Source: a virus (Duplodnaviria > Heunggongvirae > Uroviricota > Caudoviricetes). Taken from it: 11,055 bases of DNA. The notes beneath the pieces are model-generated. The model saw only the letters and a program-made list of their open reading frames with translations, was not told where the DNA came from and searched no databases. The stretch lies in the IMG/VR virus record IMGVR_UViG_2695420804_000018. One strand, 5' to 3'. The position numbers and the translations under genes are program-made. Positions within the stretch are counted from its first letter, which is position 1. Each line of letters opens with the position of its first letter. Positions 1 through 9,520 of this stretch are shown here, one piece after another.

Positions 1-483
1 ATGACGAAGAAAAAAGCACATAAACCTGGTTCAGCGACCATCGCGCTTAACAAGCGCGCCCGTCACGAATACTTTATCGAAGAAGAGTTCGAAGCGGGAC
101 TTGCCCTGCAAGGCTGGGAGGTTAAATCCCTGCGCGCAGGAAAAGCCAATATCAGCGACAGCTACGTCCTTCTGCGTGACGGAGAGGCATTTCTGTTTGG
201 CGCTAACATCACGCCAATGGCCGTGGCCTCCACGCATGTGGTGTGCGATCCTACCCGTACCCGCAAGTTACTTCTCAACCAGCGCGAACTGGACTCATTG
301 TACGGTCGCGTCAATCGAGAAGGCTATACCGTAGTGGCGCTCTCCCTGTACTGGAAAAATGCCTGGTGCAAAGTGAAAATCGGCGTCGCCAAAGGTAAAA
401 AACAGCACGATAAACGTTCAGATATCAAAGAACGCGAATGGCAGGTGGATAAAGCACGTATCATGAAAAACGCCCACCGTTAA
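1..483 (+). CDS. smpB: SsrA-binding protein SmpB
   Basis: 160-aa ORF ([25 protein letters not shown]...IMKNAHR) with TAA stop at 481-483; recognised from memory as enterobacterial SmpB; sits directly upstream of the tmRNA gene as in E. coli. Confidence 0.96.
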
Positions 484-646
484 ACCTGCACTCCAATTAT
501 TGACCAGTTCCTCACCGCGCCTCCCTCTCCGGCGGCGCGAATCAACATCTTATTGGCTATCACATCCGACACAAATGTTGCCATCCCATTGCTTAATCGA
601 ATAAAAATCAGGCTACATGGGTGCTAAATCTTTAACGATAACGCCA

Positions 647-683
647 TTGAGGCTGGTCATGGCGCTCATAAATCTGGTATACT
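647..683 (+). promoter_or_regulatory. putative ssrA promoter region (-10-like TATACT at 678-683)
   Basis: TATACT hexamer about 15 nt upstream of the mature tmRNA 5' end, consistent with a short 5' leader; a -35 element could not be placed with proper spacing, so this is tentative. Confidence 0.3.
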
Positions 684-697
684 TACCTTTACACATT

Positions 698-1060
698 GGG
701 GCTGATTCTGGATTCGACGGGATTTGCGAAACCCAAGGTGCATGCCGAGGGGCGGTTGGCCTCGTAAAAAGCCGCAAAAAATAGTCGCAAACGACGAAAA
801 CTACGCTTTAGCAGCTTAATAACCTGCTTAGAGCCCTCTCTCCCTAGCCTCCGCTCTTAGGACGGGGATCAAGAGAGGTCAAACCCAAAAGAGATCGCGT
901 GGAAGCCCTGCCTGGGGTTGAAGCGTTAAAACTTAATCAGGCTAGTTTGTTAGTGGCGTGTCCGTCCGCAGCTGGCAAGCGAATGTAAAGACTGACTAAG
1001 CATGTAGTACCGAGGATGTAGGAATTTCGGACGCGGGTTCAACTCCCGCCAGCTCCACCA
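698..1060 (+). ncRNA. ssrA: transfer-messenger RNA (tmRNA, 10Sa RNA), 363 nt
   Basis: Begins GGGGCTGATTCTGGATTCGACGGG and ends GGGTTCAACTCCCGCCAGCTCCACCA (tRNA-Ala-like acceptor/T-arm with encoded CCA); contains the canonical tag reading frame; matches E. coli tmRNA as I recall it. Confidence 0.97.
787..819 (+). other. tmRNA tag-peptide reading frame (ANDENYALAA + TAA)
   Basis: GCA AAC GAC GAA AAC TAC GCT TTA GCA GCT TAA read directly from the sequence; this is the SsrA degradation tag, starting at the GCA resume codon. Confidence 0.93.
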
Positions 1061-1189
1061 ATCATGATTGGACGGTGTAAGGACAACACCAACAAAAACA
1101 GGAAGTTAGCAGTCTCAGCAGGACACCGACCAGACGGTGAGGAGACAAAAAAGGATACGCAAAGGAGCCGCGGCTCTCAAGTGTGAAAG

Positions 1190-1217
1190 AAGCCCGCAAA
1201 TTGCGGGCTTTTTTATT
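1190..1217 (+). terminator. rho-independent terminator downstream of ssrA
   Basis: 8-bp stem AAGCCCGC / GCGGGCTT with a 5-nt loop, followed by TTTTATT. Confidence 0.65.
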
Positions 1218-1269
1218 GATCAGTCAACAATAAACAGTAACCGAATGAGAATTTAATAAGGATATTCAT

Positions 1270-2301
1270 ATGGAAGCTACTGTGGATTCGATTGATTTTC
1301 TGATCCGTAGTGAAGATGATTTTCTAAACTTTCTGGAAGAAATGAAAGCCCGAGAGGGGCTTGATTCTAAAGAGTTTATTTTCCCTAACGTAAAGTTTGC
1401 AGGCTGGCCATCCTTAGACATAAATGTAAAAGGAGAGCGGTATCATTCATCAATTACATCAGCAATGTTGTTTGGTATGTCAATGCTCAACGAGGAGATA
1501 CAGCGGGCGTTTGCAACCATACGATACGGATCGCAGAATCTTCAACGCTTGACTAATGAAGACAAGCAACGACTTGATATAAATTTTAAAATTAGCGAAG
1601 GTTCTAGTGATGCGGAAGGCACCACTGACAAGATCATCAACGCAGTAACTGATTTTTTGCGAGATACTATGTCTGGACTGAACGGCTGGCAGAAAATGCT
1701 TGTTATAATCACAATGGTTGGCGCGGCCAGCACATGTGGTTATCACTACATTTCAGAAAATGCCGTAACAGAAAGACATGCAACTGATCGGCAGGTTGAA
1801 ATTGCAAAAACCACATCCGATGGCATAAACAAAGCCATAGAAGCAACATTAGATTATAAAATCTATGGGAAATCAGCGATTAGCGATAAAGTTACTAGTC
1901 ACGGACAAGCAGGTAAAAGTGCTTTAGTGAAGCAATTAGCTGCTGATCCTACTGTCGAAACCGTGACTTTAGGAAATGAGAAACTAACACGACAAGACCT
2001 AAATACCTACAACAGCCGACAATCTGTAGATAGAGAACGTAAAGAACGAACTGATATATTTTCCATCAAAGGTGTAACCAGAACAGGGCCAACAAATCAG
2101 GATATTAATATTAACGTTGTTAGGGTCTCTAATGACGAATGCTTCACAATCAAAGCTTCAGCTGATGTTATCACCCAAGATGAGTTGACAGCTATTGTTG
2201 ACGCTTTGTCAAACAACTCTCATATTAAAATCAGTTACTTAGAGGTAATTGAAAAGGGTGCTGTTTCTATAGGTCAGTTCAACACTATTGTTTCAGAATA
2301 A
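1270..2301 (+). CDS. hypothetical protein, 343 aa, with a central hydrophobic segment; no family recognised
   Basis: Long ORF in AT-rich DNA (about 37% GC in the first 60 nt, counted by hand), where long open frames are unlikely by chance; AAGGA 7 nt upstream of ATG; residues ~143-161 (MLVIITMVGAASTCGYHYI) are hydrophobic; no Walker A, HEPN or other motif found by eye. Confidence 0.78.
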   Translation: MEATVDSIDFLIRSEDDFLNFLEEMKAREGLDSKEFIFPNVKFAGWPSLDINVKGERYHSSITSAMLFGMSMLNEEIQRAFATIRYGSQNLQRLTNEDKQRLDINFKISEGSSDAEGTTDKIINAVTDFLRDTMSGLNGWQKMLVIITMVGAASTCGYHYISENAVTERHATDRQVEIAKTTSDGINKAIEATLDYKIYGKSAISDKVTSHGQAGKSALVKQLAADPTVETVTLGNEKLTRQDLNTYNSRQSVDRERKERTDIFSIKGVTRTGPTNQDININVVRVSNDECFTIKASADVITQDELTAIVDALSNNSHIKISYLEVIEKGAVSIGQFNTIVSE

Positions 2302-2352
2302 TCACTTAACCCCATTTATGTCGGTTGAGGTTATAAGTCACGGAGACCAGAT

Positions 2353-2697
2353 ATGTCCTTAAAGTATGCACATGAAAAATTTCATACTGCAGTACTTACT
2401 CTTGCGGGCCATGGAAGTATTCAAGAACGCTTGATTAATTCGTATGTTTTTAGCCTTGGGCATCTTAAAACAGCCGATGATATTCCAAATGCCTTACAAA
2501 GCAGGTTCGATGAATTATGTAAGGAACTGACTAAGTTTGATGCCACTGGCGATGAGGGGCGAGTTCAAGCAACAGTATCAAAACTTAACGATTTCGAGAT
2601 CAATAAACTGATCGAAGATATTGTCAGTCTTAACGATGATATTTGCATGAAATTGGCTCTGACGGATGAGACTTACCAAGACATACACCAAAGTTAA
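2353..2697 (+). CDS. hypothetical small acidic protein, 114 aa; no family recognised
   Basis: Same strand as the upstream gene with a 51-bp gap; GGAG 7 nt upstream of ATG; same AT-rich composition; followed by a hairpin terminator. Confidence 0.7.
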   Translation: MSLKYAHEKFHTAVLTLAGHGSIQERLINSYVFSLGHLKTADDIPNALQSRFDELCKELTKFDATGDEGRVQATVSKLNDFEINKLIEDIVSLNDDICMKLALTDETYQDIHQS

Positions 2698-2724
2698 TTG
2701 ATTAAATTCAAAAAGTTAACGTTC

Positions 2725-2755
2725 AACCAGCCAGTTTTTGGCTGGTTTATTGTCT
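2725..2755. terminator. putative bidirectional hairpin terminator between convergent units
   Basis: AACCAGCCA-gtttt-TGGCTGGTT stem-loop with T-rich runs on both sides; lies between the + strand cassette and the - strand small ORF/invertase unit. Confidence 0.5.
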
Positions 2756-2781
2756 TATAATATTCTTGCTCGAATGATGCA

Positions 2782-2994
2782 CTATTTATGATGTAATCCG
2801 GACATCAGTTCATGGACAAGATTATCTCTTTCATTGTGTTGCAACCGTAAATGCATAGCAAAAAGGTGAGCACTATCCTCATTCCTCTTCAAGCCATGCT
2901 GTTCAAGATACCCGAAAAAACGGCTTCTCTTATCCGCTATTTCCTGAGTCTGACGTGCAACATTTACCAAATTTTCTAGCGTTTTTCTTGGCAT
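2782..2994 (-). CDS. small ORF downstream of invertase (first 63 codons conserved in both copies, then divergent tail); unknown function, possibly a 3'-truncated gene
   Basis: AGGAGG 8 nt upstream of ATG (reverse complement of 2995-3010); N-terminus MPRKTLENLVNVARQTQEIADKRSRFFGYLEQHGLKRNED...; the reading frame crosses the module boundary at 2807, so the C-terminus differs between copies. Confidence 0.45.
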   Translation of the reverse strand: MPRKTLENLVNVARQTQEIADKRSRFFGYLEQHGLKRNEDSAHLFAMHLRLQHNERDNLVHELMSGLHHK

Positions 2995-3192
2995 ACTATT
3001 TCCTCCTGAAATTGTTGTAATTCACTAGGATATTCATTTTAATTTGTATCATTTAGTACCAAAACCGCTATCAATTAACAAAGCCATCGTTGTGGTTTAC
3101 CTTGCAGCCGTTTTTTGTCATTGACTCTATGTGAAAATAATGAATCATCATGAGATTGGCTCACACGTTCTTGAATTCGACGAGCTGTGTCT

Positions 3193-3747
3193 TTATTTAT
3201 CTCCTGCCGGAAACCTCTGATACAAAGTCGATACGCCAACATCATAGATAATCGCAACTTTCTGGCGCGGAACTCCTGATGCAATTAATCGTCCGGCTTG
3301 TGCCCATTGTTCTGGTGTAAGTTTGGGACGACGTCCACCAATTCGTCCCTGTGCGCGAGCAGCTTCCAGTCCAGCTTTTGTTCGTTCAACAATCAGTTCT
3401 CGTTCCATTTCAGCCAGGGCCCCCATCACATGAAAGAAAAAGCGCCCCATTGGGGTACTGGTATCAATTGAATCCGTCAGACTACGAAAGTTGATGCCTC
3501 GTTCGCGCAACTCCTCCACCAGCACGACAAGATGCCGCATACTGCGCCCCAGTCGGTCCAGTTTCCAGACCACCAGCGTATCGCCTGCCGATAATGTCCT
3601 GAGCAGTTTTTTCAGTCCCGGCCTTTCGGACTTTGTACCGCTTATCTTGTCTTCAAAAATCAGCTCGCATCCTGCACAGTTCAGCGCATTACGTTGTAGA
3701 TCTGTGTTCTGGTCATTTGTTGACACACGTACATAGCCAATAAGCAT
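3193..3747 (-). CDS. site-specific DNA invertase, serine recombinase of the Gin/Hin/Pin/Cin family, 184 aa
   Basis: MLIGYVRVSTNDQNTDLQRNAL... gives the resolvase/invertase catalytic N-terminus with the active-site Ser in VRVST, plus a C-terminal HTH region (GVPRQKVAIIYDVGVSTLYQRF); start taken at MLIGY (AGGGAG upstream) rather than the upstream in-frame ATG of the ORF track; strongly resembles e14 Pin as I recall it. Confidence 0.93.
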   Translation of the reverse strand: MLIGYVRVSTNDQNTDLQRNALNCAGCELIFEDKISGTKSERPGLKKLLRTLSAGDTLVVWKLDRLGRSMRHLVVLVEELRERGINFRSLTDSIDTSTPMGRFFFHVMGALAEMERELIVERTKAGLEAARAQGRIGGRRPKLTPEQWAQAGRLIASGVPRQKVAIIYDVGVSTLYQRFPAGDK

Positions 3748-3801
3748 GGTAGATCTCCCTGACAAAAGCAGGAATGATGCCATTTGCTCGTTATTTCTGC
3801 A

Positions 3802-5557
<1,756 letters not shown>

Positions 5558-5560
5558 TCC

Positions 5561-6322
5561 ATGCATCGTATAGACACGAAAACCGCGCAGAAGGATAAGT
5601 TCGGCGCGGGTAAGAACGGTTTTACCCGTGGTAACCCCCAGACCGGCACACCTGCCACCGATCTGGATGATGACTACTTTGACATGTTGCAGGAAGAACT
5701 CTGCAGCGTGGTGGAGGCATCCGGTGCCAGCCTGGAGAAGGGGCGGCATGACCAGCTGCTTACCGCGCTTCGTGCGCTGCTGTTAAGCCGCAAGAATCCG
5801 TTTGGCGATATCAAATCTGATGGCACGGTGAAAACGGCTCTCGAAAACCTTGGTTTGGGAGAAGGTTCGGCATTACCCGTTGGTGTGCCTGTTCCGTGGC
5901 CTTCCGCCACTCCGCCAACGGGGTGGCTAAAATGTAACGGAGCAGTATTTTCTTCTGAAAAGTACCCAAATCTGGCAAAGGCTTACCCAACATTAAAATT
6001 ACCAGATTTACGCGGTGAATTTATTCGTGGCTGGGATGATGGGCGCGGGATTGACTCTGGTCGTAACTTATTATCTGCACAGAATGATGCAATTCAGAAT
6101 ATTGTTGGTTCTTTTGGGCGTACCCAGCTTTTTAGAGACGTACTTAGTTCAGGGCCATTTAGTCAACATGGGCAAGTATTATCTACAGGTCTAAAGGAAG
6201 CCGCAATTATTGAGGGTTATGGCGCTTATAACTGGACATTCGACGCATCTCGCTCAGTTCGCACAGCATCTGAAACCCGCTCCCGTAACATCGCCTTTAA
6301 TTATATTGTGAGGGCTGCATGA
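5561..6322 (+). CDS. phage tail-fibre protein: constant N-terminal domain (Sc, to about 5864) fused to variable C-terminal cassette Sv
   Basis: GGAG 6 nt upstream of ATG; [43 protein letters not shown]... is a typical tail-fibre N-terminal domain; a crossover site sits at the GLGE junction; the stop overlaps the start of the assembly gene (ATGA). Confidence 0.88.
   Translation: MHRIDTKTAQKDKFGAGKNGFTRGNPQTGTPATDLDDDYFDMLQEELCSVVEASGASLEKGRHDQLLTALRALLLSRKNPFGDIKSDGTVKTALENLGLGEGSALPVGVPVPWPSATPPTGWLKCNGAVFSSEKYPNLAKAYPTLKLPDLRGEFIRGWDDGRGIDSGRNLLSAQNDAIQNIVGSFGRTQLFRDVLSSGPFSQHGQVLSTGLKEAAIIEGYGAYNWTFDASRSVRTASETRSRNIAFNYIVRAA
5838..5863. other. hix/gix-like crossover site inside the tail-fibre gene (Sc/Sv junction)
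   Basis: CTCTCGAAAACC-TT-GGTTTGGGAGAA; the reverse complement TTCTCCCAAACC-AA-GGTTTTCGAGAG matches hixL at about 19 of 26 positions; encodes ALENLGLGE. Confidence 0.75.
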
Positions 6323-6468
6323 TAAGTAAAGCTGTATTAAATAATGAACTCATCGCCACAAAGGCCGGAGACATTACCGTTTATAATTATGATGGTGAAA
6401 CACGGGAATATATTTCCACATCAACTGAATATCTTGCTGTGGGTGTTGGTATCCCGGCATGTTCCTGT
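5850..6468. repeat. 619-bp direct repeat (site inside half + Sv + U 5' part); partner is 9048-9666
   Basis: Offset 3198; identical ORF products (Sv and U codons 1-50). Confidence 0.85.
6319..6468 (+). pseudogene. tail-fibre assembly protein U, N-terminal 50 codons only, interrupted by pin module copy 2
   Basis: Identical to codons 1-50 of the full gene at 9517-10122; diverges at 6469 where the module begins. Confidence 0.75.
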
Positions 6469-6657
6469 AAGTTCATGGACAAGATTATCTCTTTCATTGT
6501 GTTGCAACCGTAAATGCATAGCAAAAAGGTGAGCACTATCCTCATTCCTCTTCAAGCCATGCTGTTCAAGATACCCGAAAAAACGGCTTCTCTTATCCGC
6601 TATTTCCTGAGTCTGACGTGCAACATTTACCAAATTTTCTAGCGTTTTTCTTGGCAT
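6421..6657 (-). CDS. small ORF downstream of invertase, copy 2 (same first 63 codons, different C-terminal tail)
   Basis: Same start and AGGAGG as copy 1; the tail (...TGTCRDTNTHSKIFS) comes from the reverse complement of U sequence beyond the module boundary. Confidence 0.4.
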   Translation of the reverse strand: MPRKTLENLVNVARQTQEIADKRSRFFGYLEQHGLKRNEDSAHLFAMHLRLQHNERDNLVHELTGTCRDTNTHSKIFS

Positions 6658-6855
6658 ACTATTTCCTCCTGAAATTGTTGTAATTCACTAGGATATTCAT
6701 TTTAATTTGTATCATTTAGTACCAAAACCGCTATCAATTAACAAAGCCATCGTTGTGGTTTACCTTGCAGCCGTTTTTTGTCATTGACTCTATGTGAAAA
6801 TAATGAATCATCATGAGATTGGCTCACACGTTCTTGAATTCGACGAGCTGTGTCT

Positions 6856-7410
6856 TTATTTATCTCCTGCCGGAAACCTCTGATACAAAGTCGATACGCC
6901 AACATCATAGATAATCGCAACTTTCTGGCGCGGAACTCCTGATGCAATTAATCGTCCGGCTTGTGCCCATTGTTCTGGTGTAAGTTTGGGACGACGTCCA
7001 CCAATTCGTCCCTGTGCGCGAGCAGCTTCCAGTCCAGCTTTTGTTCGTTCAACAATCAGTTCTCGTTCCATTTCAGCCAGGGCCCCCATCACATGAAAGA
7101 AAAAGCGCCCCATTGGGGTACTGGTATCAATTGAATCCGTCAGACTACGAAAGTTGATGCCTCGTTCGCGCAACTCCTCCACCAGCACGACAAGATGCCG
7201 CATACTGCGCCCCAGTCGGTCCAGTTTCCAGACCACCAGCGTATCGCCTGCCGATAATGTCCTGAGCAGTTTTTTCAGTCCCGGCCTTTCGGACTTTGTA
7301 CCGCTTATCTTGTCTTCAAAAATCAGCTCGCATCCTGCACAGTTCAGCGCATTACGTTGTAGATCTGTGTTCTGGTCATTTGTTGACACACGTACATAGC
7401 CAATAAGCAT
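6856..7410 (-). CDS. site-specific DNA invertase (Gin/Hin/Pin/Cin family), copy 2, 184 aa
   Basis: Identical to 3193-3747. Confidence 0.93.
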   Translation of the reverse strand: MLIGYVRVSTNDQNTDLQRNALNCAGCELIFEDKISGTKSERPGLKKLLRTLSAGDTLVVWKLDRLGRSMRHLVVLVEELRERGINFRSLTDSIDTSTPMGRFFFHVMGALAEMERELIVERTKAGLEAARAQGRIGGRRPKLTPEQWAQAGRLIASGVPRQKVAIIYDVGVSTLYQRFPAGDK

Positions 7411-7464
7411 GGTAGATCTCCCTGACAAAAGCAGGAATGATGCCATTTGCTCGTTATTTCTGCA

Positions 7465-7490
7465 TTTTCATAAACGTTGGTTTGGGAGAA
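7465..7490. other. hix/gix-like crossover site (invertase-proximal, copy 2)
   Basis: Same 26-bp sequence as 3802-3827; here it abuts the Sv' cassette. Confidence 0.7.
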
Positions 7491-7491
7491 G

Positions 7492-7931
7492 CGGCAAAAC
7501 GAAATGTGGGCAACGGGGAAAACCAAATCCCTGATATGTCTTTCTGGACGGTTACTGGTGGCAATGGAAATTTTGTGATTCGTCAACCTGACGGGCTAAT
7601 CATTCAGATGGTTACTGTAAGTATAAGCGGTCCAGTGGCGATGAATGGAATGACTGATAATGCTTATGCCATTACAGGTTCTAATAAGTCTTATATTGCC
7701 ACAGCCACATTGCCCTTTGTATTTCCTAATAAGGTGCTGGGCGTTATCCCTCTGGTATCAACAACAGCTTATGGTGGTGTATCCAGTAATATTACAGGTT
7801 CATACGCGACGGCGGTTTGTTCTTTTGCCGCTGTCAGGGGGAATAATACGATTGTGTTCAAAGTCGACAAACCACTGAATGCAGCCTTTCCTTCAGATAC
7901 CAGCGTCTCAGCGTTAATCATTGGACGGTAA
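7492..7931 (+). other. tail-fibre variable C-terminal cassette Sv' with no constant region upstream (silent cassette)
   Basis: Encodes [21 protein letters not shown]...ALIIGR, identical to the C-terminus of the - strand tail-fibre gene at 10540-10979; preceded by a crossover site instead of Sc. Confidence 0.7.
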
Positions 7932-7933
7932 GA

Positions 7934-8377
7934 ATGAACTCAGTATTCTTTTCACCCGCAAGTAAAAGTTTTTATCTGCAAGAATTGTTTCCAGAATATG
8001 AGGATGCGGGAACGCTTCCTGATGATGTTATTGAAATTACCAGAGAAACATATGAGCAATTTCTTGGGCTGCATCCAGAAGGGAAAGAAATTGGCGCTGA
8101 CAGTTCAGGACGGCCAATATGGATTAATTCCCCGCCGCCTTCAAAAGAGGATGAGATGCTGGCGGCTGAAATGAAAAAGATATCTTTGGTTTCAGAAGTC
8201 AATACCTACATCAATACCCATCAGTGGCCTGGCAAAGCTGCTATTGGTCGTCTGAAAGGTTACGAGCTGGAACAATATAATTTATGGCTGGATTATCTGG
8301 ACGCACTGGAACTGGTTGATACCTCCAGTGCTCCAGATATTGAATGGCCTACGCCTCCGGTAGTTCAGGCCAGATGA
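7934..8377 (+). CDS. tail-fibre assembly protein U' (alternative chaperone), 147 aa
   Basis: MNSVFFSPASKSF...; C-terminus LWLDYLDALELVDTSSAPDIEWPTPP is the conserved Tfa motif; identical to 10094-10537 on the opposite strand. Confidence 0.85.
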   Translation: MNSVFFSPASKSFYLQELFPEYEDAGTLPDDVIEITRETYEQFLGLHPEGKEIGADSSGRPIWINSPPPSKEDEMLAAEMKKISLVSEVNTYINTHQWPGKAAIGRLKGYELEQYNLWLDYLDALELVDTSSAPDIEWPTPPVVQAR

Positions 8378-8981
8378 CATCCGGCGCGGTGCTGGTATCT
8401 GTTGCAGTCACCGCGTCAATGTAATCCAGCACAGCGTTAAGCCGGGTTGTTTCTGCCTGCGTCAGCTTCCGCCCGGCCTGCAATTTCAGCTGAATCAGAC
8501 TAATGGAAGCCATAGCAGCATCAATCAGTGACTGGCGCCGTACTTCTGCCGCGTCTACTGCGGCGTTATGCTGTGCCTCAGTATCGGTCACCCATTTCTC
8601 ACCATCCCATTTATCGTATGACGTTAACGGGGCGATAGTGGTTGTATTTTCAGGACCCATCACATGAAAGAAAAAGCGCCCCATTGGGGTACTGGTATCA
8701 ATTGAATCCGTCAGACTACGAAAGTTGATGCCTCGTTCGCGCAACTCCTCCACCAGCACGACAAGATGCCGCATACTGCGCCCCAGTCGGTCCAGTTTCC
8801 AGACCACCAGCGTATCGCCTGCCGATAATGTCCTGAGCAGTTTTTTCAGTCCCGGCCTTTCGGACTTTGTACCGCTTATCTTGTCTTCAAAAATCAGCTC
8901 GCATCCTGCACAGTTCAGCGCATTACGTTGTAGATCTGTGTTCTGGTCATTTGTTGACACACGTACATAGCCAATAAGCAT
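8349..8981 (-). pseudogene. chimeric ORF: invertase codons 1-109 fused in frame to tail-fibre assembly protein U codons 101-201
   Basis: ...MGRFFFHVMG | PENTTTIAPLTSYDKWDGEKW...WPELPEA; nucleotide junction at 8655/8656 with short CAGG-type microhomology; lacks the invertase C-terminal HTH. Confidence 0.7.
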
Positions 8982-9062
8982 GGTAGATCTCCCTGACAAA
9001 AGCAGGAATGATGCCATTTGCTCGTTATTTCTGCATTTTCATAAACGTTGGTTTGGGAGAAG
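8656..9062. repeat. pin module partial copy 3 (407 bp: invertase 5' part, upstream region, crossover site)
   Basis: Identical by eye to 3422-3828 and 7085-7491. Confidence 0.88.
9036..9061. other. hix/gix-like crossover site (invertase-proximal, copy 3)
   Basis: Same sequence as 3802-3827; here it abuts the Sv cassette. Confidence 0.7.
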
Positions 9063-9520
9063 GTTCGGCATTACCCGTTGGTGTGCCTGTTCCGTGGCCT
9101 TCCGCCACTCCGCCAACGGGGTGGCTAAAATGTAACGGAGCAGTATTTTCTTCTGAAAAGTACCCAAATCTGGCAAAGGCTTACCCAACATTAAAATTAC
9201 CAGATTTACGCGGTGAATTTATTCGTGGCTGGGATGATGGGCGCGGGATTGACTCTGGTCGTAACTTATTATCTGCACAGAATGATGCAATTCAGAATAT
9301 TGTTGGTTCTTTTGGGCGTACCCAGCTTTTTAGAGACGTACTTAGTTCAGGGCCATTTAGTCAACATGGGCAAGTATTATCTACAGGTCTAAAGGAAGCC
9401 GCAATTATTGAGGGTTATGGCGCTTATAACTGGACATTCGACGCATCTCGCTCAGTTCGCACAGCATCTGAAACCCGCTCCCGTAACATCGCCTTTAATT
9501 ATATTGTGAGGGCTGCATGA
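9063..9520 (+). other. tail-fibre variable C-terminal cassette Sv, second copy, without constant region
   Basis: Identical to 5865-6322 ([21 protein letters not shown]...IVRAA). Confidence 0.7.

Larger units (their letters stand above)
6470..7491. repeat. pin module copy 2 (1022 bp)
   Basis: Identical by eye to 2807-3828; inserted between codon 50 of U and the Sv' cassette. Confidence 0.9.
7492..8655. repeat. left arm of a 1164-bp perfect inverted repeat (Sv'-U'-U 3' part); partner is 9816-10979
   Basis: Coordinates pair as x and 18471-x; checked through identical translated products and junction nucleotides. Confidence 0.85.

Noticed and set aside
31-334. Alternative-frame ORFs inside smpB (31-237 on -, 101-334 on +)
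   Set aside because: They overlap a highly conserved, confidently identified gene.
1165-1176. Perfect 12-bp palindrome GAGCCGCGGCTC just downstream of ssrA
   Set aside because: Too short and isolated to interpret; lies in the ssrA 3' trailer and may be part of precursor processing structure or chance.
1480-1746. Antisense ORFs (88 aa and 63 aa) inside the 343-aa hypothetical gene
   Set aside because: Shorter, nested, and on the opposite strand of a much longer ORF with a good ribosome-binding site.
3075-3284. 69-aa ORF on the - strand (also at 6738-6947) overlapping the 3' end of the invertase gene
   Set aside because: Overlaps the well-supported invertase CDS in another frame, has no recognisable ribosome-binding site or product, and is duplicated only because the module is duplicated.
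3491-3736. 81-aa + strand ORFs antisense to each invertase copy (3491-3736, 7154-7399, 8725-8970)
   Set aside because: Antisense shadow ORFs inside a confidently identified gene; Ser/Arg/Thr-rich low-complexity translation.
3783-3783. Upstream in-frame start (MASFLLLSGRST...) for the invertase ORFs
   Set aside because: Serine invertases begin M-L/R-I-G-Y-V-R-V-S; the MLIGY start has a good Shine-Dalgarno sequence and the extension overlaps the crossover site.
7660-7878. 72-aa and 76-aa alternative-frame ORFs within the Sv' and U' copies (7660-7878, 7972-8202, 10269-10499, 10593-10811)
   Set aside because: Nested or antisense to tail-fibre and assembly genes that are supported by conserved motifs and translational coupling.
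7437-7931. 164-aa and 170-aa + strand ORFs (7437-7931, 9008-9520) starting [18 protein letters not shown] and reading into Sv' and Sv
   Set aside because: The N-terminal extension is read-through across the invertase upstream region and crossover site; the real coding content is the silent variable cassette. The ATG sits directly against an AGGA with no spacing, so independent translation seems unlikely but is not excluded.
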